Shown in pieces: positions 36,425 to 45,460 of a DNA stretch of 50,723 bases. The position numbers and the translations under genes were made by a program. Where the stretch lies: positions 1 to 50,723 of the forward strand of contig DYKL01000001.1 in assembly GCA_020722645.1 (NCBI GenBank), in the 5' to 3' direction. The notes beneath the pieces were generated by a model. It did no database searches. It was not told the origin of the DNA and saw nothing but the letters and a program-made list of their open reading frames with translations. Positions within the stretch are counted from its first letter, which is position 1, and each line of letters opens with the position of its first letter. This DNA is from Acetofilamentum sp. GTDB lineage: Bacteria; Bacteroidota; Bacteroidia; Bacteroidales; JAFGUD01.

Positions 36425-37909
36425 TTAATTATTATCCTTTGTTACAGGAAAATACAAAGAAAAAGTGGTGCCTTTATTTAATTCGCTTTTGATTTTAATT
36501 TGTCCTTGAAATTCATCTACAATTCTTTTAACATAAGACAAACCTAATCCAAAACCTTTAACATTGTGTAAATTTCCTGTTGGAACTCTGTAAAACTGCT
36601 CGAAAATATGTTTTTGATGTTCTTTTGAAATTCCAATTCCGTTGTCTGAAATTTCTATAACGAAACGATCTTTTACATTACTTGTAGAAAGTTTTATAAG
36701 TGGCTCAACTTCAGTATATTTTATTGCATTATCTATTAAATTGTATAAAACATTTGAAAAATGCAATTTATCAACATATACAATATCATTTTGTGCATTA
36801 AACGCTGCTTCTAATTTACCGTATCTGGCTTTAATTTTTAAATCAAAACTTTTTAGTATATCAGTTATGACATTATGTGAAGAAAGAAAATCAAATTTGA
36901 ATTTCAGACGACCTCTTTCAATTATTGCCATTTGTAAAATTTTTTCTACCTGAAAGCTCAATCTTTCTGTTTCTTGCGAAATCATAGTAGAAAGCATCGG
37001 TACATCTTTAACATCAAGAGGGATAGACTCATCTTTTAGCATTTGAGATGCAAGAGAAATTGTTGAAATTGGCGTTTTGAGTTCGTGTGTCATATTATTG
37101 ACAAAATCATTTTTCATTTCAGACAACTTCTTTTGTTTTAGAATTATATATAATGTAATTGCAAATAGACTTATAATCATCAAAGTTAACAATAATGATG
37201 TCAGAACAATTTTTGGCAAGTATTTAAACAATTGCTTATCTTGATTGGTAAAATAAAGAATAATGTAAAACTTTTTTTCTGACAGCAAATCGTTTGGATA
37301 TAATTGTTTTTTAAAAATTTCAGTACTTTGGTTTAAATCATATAAATTGGTCTTATAATATAACGTGTTGCTGTTATCAACAATCGAAAACTGATATTCT
37401 TCGTTAATGCTGTTATCTTTAAGAGCCTGATCAAGAAAGAGTTTTATTTTTACAGAGTCTAATCTTTCACGATTATTTATTCTTTTTTTTGTTAACTGAT
37501 TAATAATTTCATAAACAAAATATGTTTGATTATTTAAAGGTTGATCAAGTTTTTTTGTATCATCGAAATTGTAAGGCTTTTCCACGATTGTATCACTATA
37601 AGAAGTGTCTGATTTATGAAAAAAAATTATATTTGAAGCATTATTAAAGTTATTTGCAGAAGAATCAACATTAACAGGAACGACCAAAGAATCATCAGTA
37701 ATAGTAGTTGATTGATCTGTAATTATTTGAATAATTTCATCTCTTTCCAAATTTGAAACAAACTCATCTAATGAGCTTCTAACATTGTTAATAAATTCAT
37801 TTTCCCGAACTTCCATAGCACCTTCAATCCATTTTATCTGAAAAAACACAAACCAAATTCCGGTTGCTGCCATAATTACAGCCAATAATACAATAAGTTT
37901 TTGATTCAT
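36425..37909 (-). CDS. Sensor histidine kinase
   Basis: 494 aa. Two TM segments flanking a periplasmic domain, H-box HELKTPIS, N box NLIDNAIKY, G boxes DNGIGI and GFGLGLSYV. Confidence 0.93.
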   Translation of the reverse strand: MNQKLIVLLAVIMAATGIWFVFFQIKWIEGAMEVRENEFINNVRSSLDEFVSNLERDEIIQIITDQSTTITDDSLVVPVNVDSSANNFNNASNIIFFHKSDTSYSDTIVEKPYNFDDTKKLDQPLNNQTYFVYEIINQLTKKRINNRERLDSVKIKLFLDQALKDNSINEEYQFSIVDNSNTLYYKTNLYDLNQSTEIFKKQLYPNDLLSEKKFYIILYFTNQDKQLFKYLPKIVLTSLLLTLMIISLFAITLYIILKQKKLSEMKNDFVNNMTHELKTPISTISLASQMLKDESIPLDVKDVPMLSTMISQETERLSFQVEKILQMAIIERGRLKFKFDFLSSHNVITDILKSFDLKIKARYGKLEAAFNAQNDIVYVDKLHFSNVLYNLIDNAIKYTEVEPLIKLSTSNVKDRFVIEISDNGIGISKEHQKHIFEQFYRVPTGNLHNVKGFGLGLSYVKRIVDEFQGQIKIKSELNKGTTFSLYFPVTKDNN

Positions 37910-37918
37910 AAAAACTCT

Positions 37919-38971
37919 TTAATTTTCATATTGTTTTTTGTAATAATTTTTATATTCGCCTGAAATGGTATTATTAAGCCATTCTTCATTAGATAAATAC
38001 CAATCAACCGTTTTTTCAAGACCTTTTTCAAAAGTCATTTCAGGTTTCCAGTTCAAATGATTTTGAATTTTTGAAGAATCAATTGCATATCTTAAATCGT
38101 GACCTGCTCTGTCTTTTACAAAACTTATCAATTTAGCTGACTCATATTCAGGTCGGTTTAATTTTTTATCCATTATTTTACATAATAAATAAATAAGGTC
38201 TATGTTTTTCCATTCATTTGAGCCGCCGATGTTATATGTTTCTCCATTTTTTCCGTAATGAAAGATAATATCTATTGCTTTGGCGTGGTCTTCTACATAT
38301 AGCCAATCTCTGATGTTTTCTCCCTTACCGTATATTGGAATAGGTTTTTGATTTTTAATATTATTTATAGCCAAAGGGATTAATTTTTCCGGAAATTGAT
38401 TTGGACCATAATTATTTGAGCAATTGCTGATTACAATTGGTAAATTAAATGTGTTTTTGTAAGCCCTTACAAAGTGGTCTGATGATGCTTTAGCCGCAGA
38501 ATATGGACTTTTTGGATCGTAGGAGGTATTTTCGGTAAAAAAATCAATTTGATTCTCTAACGAACCATAAACCTCATCAGTTGAAATATGATAAAACAAA
38601 TTATTTTGATTATTAGTCCAATACTTTTTTGCAATATTCAATAAAGTTACAGTACCTATTATGTTTGTATTTATAAATTCCATAGGATTTAAAATTGACC
38701 TGTCAACGTGTGATTCTGCAGCAAGGTGAATAACAGAATCAATTTCATAAGAATTGAATACTTTATCAACAAAATTTTCGTCGCAGATATCACCTTTTAT
38801 GAATTTATAATTTGAACTGTTTTTAATGTCAGTTAAATTCAGCAAATTTCCTGCATAAGTAAGTTTATCAAGATTAAAAATGTTATAGTTTGGATATTTA
38901 TTTACAAAGAGTCTGACAACGTGCGAACCAATAAAACCGGCACCACCTGTAATGAGTATATTTTTTTTCAT
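37919..38971 (-). CDS. rfbB: dTDP-glucose 4,6-dehydratase
   Basis: 350 aa. GGAGFIGS, YSAAKASSDH, DWLYVEDH. Confidence 0.95.
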   Translation of the reverse strand: MKKNILITGGAGFIGSHVVRLFVNKYPNYNIFNLDKLTYAGNLLNLTDIKNSSNYKFIKGDICDENFVDKVFNSYEIDSVIHLAAESHVDRSILNPMEFINTNIIGTVTLLNIAKKYWTNNQNNLFYHISTDEVYGSLENQIDFFTENTSYDPKSPYSAAKASSDHFVRAYKNTFNLPIVISNCSNNYGPNQFPEKLIPLAINNIKNQKPIPIYGKGENIRDWLYVEDHAKAIDIIFHYGKNGETYNIGGSNEWKNIDLIYLLCKIMDKKLNRPEYESAKLISFVKDRAGHDLRYAIDSSKIQNHLNWKPEMTFEKGLEKTVDWYLSNEEWLNNTISGEYKNYYKKQYEN

Positions 38972-39070
38972 TTTTATTCGTTAAAATTATAAAACAAATT
39001 AAGAAATATTATAAACTGGAAACGACTATAATAATAAAAATTAATATAAAAAAACATAAATTCGGGAGGA

Positions 39071-39778
39071 TTAATAAATATCACTTATAATTCTTAATTT
39101 ATCAATGTTTTTGACTTTAATTTTTCGACCTTTTAAATCAATCGAGCCTTCTTTTTTGAAATCAGATAACTGTCTGATAACAGATTCAGTTGCTGTTCCG
39201 ACAATATTTGCAACCTCTTCGCGTGTTAACGAAACCTGAATAAAGTCTTCATTATCAACACCAAATGTATCATACAACAAAATAATAATTTCAGCAACTC
39301 TCTCTCTCAACGTTTTTTGAGCCAAGTCAAGTATATATTTATTTGATTCTCCTAATTCTTTACAAGACAGCCTTATTAAATGCATCGAAAAGTCTGAATT
39401 TTTAGAGGCAATATCAACAAATAGTTTCGACGGAATAAAGCATAAGATTGCATCTTCGATAACTTTTGCTGTGGTGCAGGCGGCTTCATCGCTTAAAACA
39501 GACCTGAAACCAATCAAATCACCGGGTTTTGCAAAACGTAAAATTTGTTCTTTCCCGTCAATTCCTGTTTTATATAACTTCAATACACCTTTATTTACAC
39601 AATAAACTCCACCACCTTTGTGTCCTTCGTGATAAACAATATCTCCACGTTTATACAAATTACAGGCTTTTTCATAATTCAATAATTCCAGTTGTTCCTT
39701 GTTCAAATGTTTAAAACTTGTTAAAGCACGAATATAACAATTTTCACAATAAATGAAATCATTATCACTATTTCTCAT
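39071..39778 (-). CDS. Crp/Fnr-family transcriptional regulator with a Cys-containing N-terminus
   Basis: 235 aa. cNMP-binding-like fold, C-terminal HTH (REEVANIVGTATESVIRQL), N-terminal CENC. Confidence 0.88.
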   Translation of the reverse strand: MRNSDNDFIYCENCYIRALTSFKHLNKEQLELLNYEKACNLYKRGDIVYHEGHKGGGVYCVNKGVLKLYKTGIDGKEQILRFAKPGDLIGFRSVLSDEAACTTAKVIEDAILCFIPSKLFVDIASKNSDFSMHLIRLSCKELGESNKYILDLAQKTLRERVAEIIILLYDTFGVDNEDFIQVSLTREEVANIVGTATESVIRQLSDFKKEGSIDLKGRKIKVKNIDKLRIISDIY

Positions 39779-39809
39779 TATATAAACTTATTTAACTTTT
39801 GTTTTTTTG

Positions 39810-39817
39810 TATTTTTG
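39810..39817 (+). promoter_or_regulatory. Candidate -7 box (TATTTTTG) for the OsmC-family gene
   Basis: 39 nt upstream of the ATG at 39856. Bracketed by the 8-bp inverted repeat ttaacttt (39792-39799) / aaagttaa (39819-39826). Confidence 0.45.
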
Positions 39818-39855
39818 CAAAGTTAATGTTTAAAAATAAAAAAAAGAAATAAAAT

Positions 39856-40278
39856 ATGAAAGCAGAAAGAATATCTGTAAATTGGCTTGAAAAAATGGCA
39901 TTTCAGGGAGAAGTTAACGGTCATAAAGTTGTAATTGATGCAGATGAAACAGTCGGAGGAGAAAATAAAGGTATGAGACCTAAACCCCTGATGCAATTAT
40001 CATTAGCCGGTTGTACGGCAATGGACGTAATTTCGATATTACAAAAAATGAAAGTAGAAGTAGATGATTTCAAGGTACACGTTGATGGTGAATTAACCGA
40101 AGAGCATCCTAAACACTATACTTCAATGCACATTGTTTATGAATTTAAAGGTAAAAACTTATCAGAAGAAAAGATAAAAAAAGCGGTGGAATTATCACAA
40201 GACAGATACTGTGGCGTTAGTTTTTCTTACAAAAAAGTAATGAATATCACCAACGAAATAATTATACACAATGTTTAA
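39856..40278 (+). CDS. OsmC-family peroxiredoxin-like protein
   Basis: 140 aa. Two conserved Cys contexts (LAGCTAMDV, DRYCGVS). Confidence 0.87.
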   Translation: MKAERISVNWLEKMAFQGEVNGHKVVIDADETVGGENKGMRPKPLMQLSLAGCTAMDVISILQKMKVEVDDFKVHVDGELTEEHPKHYTSMHIVYEFKGKNLSEEKIKKAVELSQDRYCGVSFSYKKVMNITNEIIIHNV

Positions 40279-40334
40279 TAAAAAAAGGGGGAAGATTAAT
40301 TTCCCCCTACTTACAAACAAAACAGAAATCATTT

Positions 40335-41438
40335 TTAAAAACGTAAACCAATACCGGCAGAAACCGGATATAATTCGGGTCCTTTATTATTTTCAAATAA
40401 CGGAACTAATGAATAATTTGCGAATAAGTACCATTGATCGTAGCCAAATCTTGCTGTTGCCTGATAAGAAAATGTTGAAATAGGCCAGTTAGATATTTTA
40501 TCTTTATATATTATTTCTGTTTGACCATCAAAATATGTGGTTTTCATTCTACCAGCCAAATTTAAACTTCCGATAACTCCAGCACCTAAAAATATTCTTT
40601 TATCTGATTTACTAACAGGAATTTGAAATTCAATAATAAGTGGAATATTTAAACTTGCTGTTTTAAATCTGTTTTTTGTATATGTGAATGTACCCAATGA
40701 GTAGGTAAGATTTCTATAAGCATCAACACCTAACAATACATTTTGTAGAAGTTCGTAATTATTGAAAGAAAAACCAAGACCTGTAACAGCTCCGACATAT
40801 CTGTTAAAAAAAGGTATGCTGAATTGTAGTGGATTAAAATCAAATTGCCATGATTTATTTGTATGAACTGTCATAAATTCTGACTCAACAGGTAAATTCA
40901 AAGATTTATTCCCATCAACGTATGAATTTAAGCCAAGTTGTAAACCTGAATAATGACCTTTAAATTTCTTTTCTTTTTTTGATTTTTTGTCATCGTCGTC
41001 ATCATCAAAATAATAATTATCATCTACTTCAATATTACTCATTTCAATATTTAATTCTTCAATCTCTTCCGCCAAATCTTCCATTTCTTCCGAAAGTTCT
41101 TCCATTGCCTCATTAATATCTTCAATAATCATTTCATTTACGTCAATTAAGCTGTCTAAACTGTCAATTTGATTTTCATATACATTTTCTCCATCGGGTT
41201 TTGAGGTTAATTCATAAATTTCATCGATTAATTTATCTATTTCTGCTTGTTTCTCATAAATAATTTCTTCCATTTTCAATTTGTTTTCTTCAATTGTTTT
41301 GATTATTTCATCTACATCAATTTCAACATTTACACTAATTACGTTATTTTTTTCGACACTTACTTTGTTTGTGTCTTGCCCTTTTATTTGAACCAAAAAT
41401 AAGAGCAAACCTGCGATTAAAATACTAATTGTTTTCAT
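40335..41438 (-). CDS. Outer-membrane beta-barrel protein with an acidic coiled-coil N-terminal domain
   Basis: 367 aa. Signal peptide, about 130 aa of Glu/Asp/Ile-rich heptad-like sequence, a D6-K-rich linker, then barrel-like strands ending GIGLRF. Confidence 0.65.
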   Translation of the reverse strand: MKTISILIAGLLLFLVQIKGQDTNKVSVEKNNVISVNVEIDVDEIIKTIEENKLKMEEIIYEKQAEIDKLIDEIYELTSKPDGENVYENQIDSLDSLIDVNEMIIEDINEAMEELSEEMEDLAEEIEELNIEMSNIEVDDNYYFDDDDDDKKSKKEKKFKGHYSGLQLGLNSYVDGNKSLNLPVESEFMTVHTNKSWQFDFNPLQFSIPFFNRYVGAVTGLGFSFNNYELLQNVLLGVDAYRNLTYSLGTFTYTKNRFKTASLNIPLIIEFQIPVSKSDKRIFLGAGVIGSLNLAGRMKTTYFDGQTEIIYKDKISNWPISTFSYQATARFGYDQWYLFANYSLVPLFENNKGPELYPVSAGIGLRF

Positions 41439-41704
41439 TTTAAAATTTTTTTGGGTTGTTTTTAATTTTCTGTTAGACGATTAGATTGTAATTTTGTTAC
41501 AAATTCTGTTAAAAAATATTCCGTATAAATTTTAGCAAATTAGATTGAACACATAACAAACAATATATCTGAATATTCCGAAAGATTTTTTTTTACACAT
41601 AATCAAAAAACTTAAAAATATTTTAACAAAAAATTCAAAAAAATGATTAGTTTTACAAAAAACATTTATAATTATTATTTTTACAAAAATTTTAAAACAC
41701 TAAA

Positions 41705-42583
41705 ATGGAATTTGATTCGTTGACAATTACTATAATATTAGTCTTAGCTGCAATTATAATAGGAATTATATCCAGAAAAAGAAGTAAAGACAGATGCCTG
41801 TTAGATTTTGACAAATCACCGGTTACTATTGAAAAAATTGATGGTACAGTTTTGGCGAAAGGTGTTTTAAAAGTAAAGACTACGGGTATGATTATAAATT
41901 TTCCTAAAACAATAAAAACACATTCAGGTTTCTTAATAAGTTCATACCTTTTATATAAATACGAATTTGATTTAATACAAGCAATTATAAGACCTCACGA
42001 AGAGTTAAGCGAAAAAGGACTTTCAAAAAGAAACAACAAACTCAGAAAAACATATCGTCCGTCTTTATTCAGAAAAATTATCAGAAAAATAAGAAATTTA
42101 TTTAATGCACTAAAAGACTCATTTTTAGAGATTATGAATATCAGTTTAAGCTATTTGACTGCCAGAAAAACAGCACTTCTGACACCTCACGACAAGTATG
42201 TAAGGAAACTCAACAACAATTTACTCGAATCAGTCGGTATGTCGCACGAACCGCTTATTGAACCTTTTATCGGACATTATGTTGTCTTTGAATTAATTAA
42301 ATCCAAAGAAAAAATCAAATTAAGCGGAGTTTTAAAGGATTATACGAAAGATTATATTGAGATAACAGATGTTAAATATACAATGCCAGAAGAAAAAGAA
42401 CCACAAATGGTTGATATGATTGTTCCACAAAAATTAGCAGTTATAAGGCATTTTAGCGGAAAAATTCCTTATAATTTTCCATTTCTTAAAGAAATAAGAA
42501 CTTTTGCATTAAAAATTAATAAAGTGGAACGAAACAAAGAAAAAAATTCAAAACAAATACCAACTCATTCCAAATCTGATTGA
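41705..42583 (+). CDS. N-terminally anchored protein, unknown function
   Basis: 292 aa. One N-terminal TM and a basic middle region. No motif recognised. Confidence 0.62.
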   Translation: MEFDSLTITIILVLAAIIIGIISRKRSKDRCLLDFDKSPVTIEKIDGTVLAKGVLKVKTTGMIINFPKTIKTHSGFLISSYLLYKYEFDLIQAIIRPHEELSEKGLSKRNNKLRKTYRPSLFRKIIRKIRNLFNALKDSFLEIMNISLSYLTARKTALLTPHDKYVRKLNNNLLESVGMSHEPLIEPFIGHYVVFELIKSKEKIKLSGVLKDYTKDYIEITDVKYTMPEEKEPQMVDMIVPQKLAVIRHFSGKIPYNFPFLKEIRTFALKINKVERNKEKNSKQIPTHSKSD

Positions 42584-43939
42584 AAAATTATCATCTTGAA
42601 ATTCATTTCCTGCAAGCCAACCTTTTGTTTTTGCTAAAAATTCAATATATGGGAAAAATTTTTCTTTACCAAATTTTAAATTCATATTAAAAGCCCCACC
42701 TAATGAAATTGTTTTATCACTAAAAAGTAAATTTGCAGGTTGTGCCCACACATTTGTTTGAAAAGAAGAACGAATTTTAAATTTATTTAGATTAAAATCA
42801 TAATCAATAAGTTCCAATTCAATTCCGGGCAATTTCATTCTTTGATTTTGATACAAATGTAATGTTGATATTAAATTGATTTTATCTTTTTGATAAAAAA
42901 AATGAAAACTTATATCATTGCCAAAAGAATTTAGCAAATGTCTGAAAGCAAAATTAATATAATATGTGTTTTGATTTTTTTCTATTGGAATTCTGTTTAT
43001 ACCAAATAACATTGGAGATACAAAATTTACAAATTGCAAAAAACCTTGATTTTTTAGATATTTTAATTGTTCATCAGTTAAGTCGGAAGGCTTTATATAC
43101 CTGTCAATCCCCACACCTGACTGATGAATACCTCTGTCTTGATATGGTTCAAAAGGATCGTACAAATCATAAACCCAAGCTGTAAAGTCCAAGCCAGTAA
43201 AATCTCTTATTTTAATATTTAAACCATCTTCAATATTAATTTCATTAGTTGTAATTTCAGCATTTTCAGTATGACAAAACCAAACATAATAAAAAGAATT
43301 AATTGCCCACATCAAAGTGTAAGCAAAATAAGGCAAACTTTGATTGTAAAAAAAATTGTATGAATTCAATTTATATGCAAGCATGTATTCACCTTCTATG
43401 CCAGCCGAATGAAGTCTGACAAAATCTACTGGGTTTTGTGACTTAAATCTGATTAAATCTTCGTCTGTTACATTATTAACACTGATAAGTTCACTAAAAA
43501 GAGAAATATCATTAACCTGATTGTAGCTTCTGGTAAAATTATTTGTAAGGACAGCCCGATGGAACTCTTCGTGCAACCATGCATCTCCGAGTGGTATATA
43601 TGTAGAAAGAAGTTCTGCGGTAACAAAAATAGTCGTTTCGGTTAAATAATTTACAAATTCATTATTGAACCAATTAATTTTCAGTTTTGATAAACCAAAA
43701 TTTAATGAATTGTAAAAAGCAGCAGACCATGATATTGATTGATGCATACTTGGAGAATTATATGCTTTTAAAAAATCATACATTTTTAATGTAGATGTTG
43801 AATTGCTATATGTTTTAGCTGAATTATAAGAGTATTTGTAATCAAATAAATCAAAATCCAAAACTAACTTAGAATTTATCTGAGCAAACAAAGTATAAAC
43901 ATTTAACAACCAGATAACTAAAAAAACAAATTTTTTCAT
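42548..43939 (-). CDS. Secreted/outer-membrane protein with an HExxH motif, unknown function
   Basis: The ATG at 43939 gives signal peptide MKKFVFLVIWLLNVYTLFAQ. Contains LHEEFHR and a C-terminal aromatic end (MSWYLF). Confidence 0.6.
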   Translation of the reverse strand: MKKFVFLVIWLLNVYTLFAQINSKLVLDFDLFDYKYSYNSAKTYSNSTSTLKMYDFLKAYNSPSMHQSISWSAAFYNSLNFGLSKLKINWFNNEFVNYLTETTIFVTAELLSTYIPLGDAWLHEEFHRAVLTNNFTRSYNQVNDISLFSELISVNNVTDEDLIRFKSQNPVDFVRLHSAGIEGEYMLAYKLNSYNFFYNQSLPYFAYTLMWAINSFYYVWFCHTENAEITTNEINIEDGLNIKIRDFTGLDFTAWVYDLYDPFEPYQDRGIHQSGVGIDRYIKPSDLTDEQLKYLKNQGFLQFVNFVSPMLFGINRIPIEKNQNTYYINFAFRHLLNSFGNDISFHFFYQKDKINLISTLHLYQNQRMKLPGIELELIDYDFNLNKFKIRSSFQTNVWAQPANLLFSDKTISLGGAFNMNLKFGKEKFFPYIEFLAKTKGWLAGNEFQDDNFSIRFGMSWYLF

Positions 43940-44011
43940 AATAATTTTTTTTTTAAAAACATTTGGCAAAATAAAAAAAAGTAACTAATTTTGCAAAACA
44001 AATTTTTTAAA

Positions 44012-44084
44012 GGCGCCATAGCTCAGTTGGTAGAGCAGTGGACTGAAAATCCATGTGTCCCCGGTTCAAATCCAGGTGGTGCCA
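44012..44084 (+). tRNA. tRNA-Phe (anticodon GAA)
   Basis: Hand-folded 73-nt cloverleaf. Acceptor GGCGCCA/TGGTGCC with one G-U, anticodon loop CTGAAAA, T-loop TTCAAAT. One C-A mismatch in the T-stem. No CCA is encoded. Confidence 0.9.
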
Positions 44085-44090
44085 CAAAAT

Positions 44091-44118
44091 AACGACTCTA
44101 ATCTGAGTCGTTTTTTTT
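44091..44118 (+). terminator. Rho-independent terminator after tRNA-Phe
   Basis: aacgactc-taatct-gagtcgtt followed by T8. Confidence 0.85.
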
Positions 44119-44137
44119 ATATTTACTATATAACAAT

Positions 44138-44286
44138 AATTCGTTAATTTTTCAATTAGTGTCATCCTGATTGATAACGAAGGAAGCAAATTATTGATTT
44201 TCAATTATTTACCAATTTGTTACTCGCATAAACATAATTCGCTGAATATTAACAAATTACCATGAAATATGCCGAACTATTGATAT
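44138..44286 (+). repeat. MITE-like intergenic repeat, copy 3 (carries an extra ~27-bp internal segment)
   Basis: caataattcgttaatttttcaattag (26 nt) and gcaaattattgattttcaat (20 nt) are identical to copy 1. The internal segment gtgtcatcctgattgataacgaaggaa is absent from copy 1. Confidence 0.75.
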
Positions 44287-44400
44287 AAAAAACTCACCAA
44301 AATTAAAAAAATTACTTTAAATAATGAATAAAAGTTTGTGAATATTTGGATATTATATTTTTTTGTTTTATAATTGTACAAAATTTTAAATTACAGGGCA

Positions 44401-45456
44401 GTGAAAACACAAATTTTAATCAAATCTTTACTATTTTCAAATCAAACATTCTCAATTTCGGGTCTTGGAAGTTTTTTATCCGAATACAAAAGTGCCGAAA
44501 TTGACGAAAAATCAGGCGAAATTAAACCACCAACAAAAAAAATCATTTTTGACACTTCAAAAAAAGATGATGATGGTGTTCTGAAAGAAGCATTGAAAAA
44601 AATGGGACTGTCAGAAGAAGACGCTCAAAAAGAAATTGACTTGTTAAAAGAAAATATTCTCAAAAAATTTGAAGCTAAAGAAAAATATGAAATTCCAGAA
44701 GTTGGTTTTCTTGCTTCTGACGATAAAGGTGATATAACTTTTAACACAACTACAAATGCTTCTTTATTACCTGAAAACATAGGCTTAAATGCTGTTAGTT
44801 TTAATCAGGAAGAATTAACAAAACACCCTTATACAAAAGAAAAGAAGACAAAAGAAAAAGAACAGCCTGTCGAAATAAAAAAACCGATTGAAGTTAAAAA
44901 ACCAATTGAAGTTAAAGAAAAACAAGTTAAACCCAAAAAAGAAAAAAAAGGAAACAAAAAACTTGTTAAATCTTTATTTTTTATTTTACCCATTTTAATA
45001 GTCTTTGCATTAGTTTACTGGTTTAGAGAACCAATTTTAAATTTTGGTAAAGATTTATTTGCCGGTAAAGATAAAAAAGATGATAATCAGAACATTTCGC
45101 AAGTTGATACCAACAAAACAAATAACAATAACAATACTAATCTAAACAATGAGTTTGGAAACGATGTTGAGTACAGAAAAATATTAGACGCTAAAATTCC
45201 TCAAACTTATGAAGTTAAATTAGGAAATGAGTACAAAAAATTTTACATAATTGTAGGTAGTTTTACAATTAAAGAAAACGCTGACATACTAATCAAAGAC
45301 CTTAAAAAACAAGGTTATTCACCTACGATATTGAACAATAATCAATATTTTAGAGTTGCAATCGTTGGTAACGACACAGCTGACAATATAATTCAAGAAC
45401 ACAATAAACTAAAGAATCAATATGGAACAAATATGTGGCTCTTAATCAATAGATAA
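44401..45456 (+). CDS. SPOR-domain protein with an HU-like N-terminal domain
   Basis: The GTG at 44401 gives MKTQILIKSLL..ISGLGSF. Lys/Glu/Pro repeat linker (KKPIEVKKPIEVK), one TM, and a C-terminal SPOR-like YIIVGSFTIKENADILIKDLKKQGY..YFRVAIVG. Confidence 0.78.
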   Translation: MKTQILIKSLLFSNQTFSISGLGSFLSEYKSAEIDEKSGEIKPPTKKIIFDTSKKDDDGVLKEALKKMGLSEEDAQKEIDLLKENILKKFEAKEKYEIPEVGFLASDDKGDITFNTTTNASLLPENIGLNAVSFNQEELTKHPYTKEKKTKEKEQPVEIKKPIEVKKPIEVKEKQVKPKKEKKGNKKLVKSLFFILPILIVFALVYWFREPILNFGKDLFAGKDKKDDNQNISQVDTNKTNNNNNTNLNNEFGNDVEYRKILDAKIPQTYEVKLGNEYKKFYIIVGSFTIKENADILIKDLKKQGYSPTILNNNQYFRVAIVGNDTADNIIQEHNKLKNQYGTNMWLLINR

Positions 45457-45460
45457 ATCA

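Noticed and set aside
44007-44204. 65-aa minus-strand ORF
   Set aside because: It runs straight through tRNA-Phe, its terminator and the MITE-like repeat, so it is not a credible gene.
40335-44286. Genomic island integrated at tRNA-Phe
   Set aside because: There is no integrase, no mobility genes, and no direct repeat of the tRNA 3' end that I could find by eye. The flanking unknown genes have the same composition as the rest of the window.
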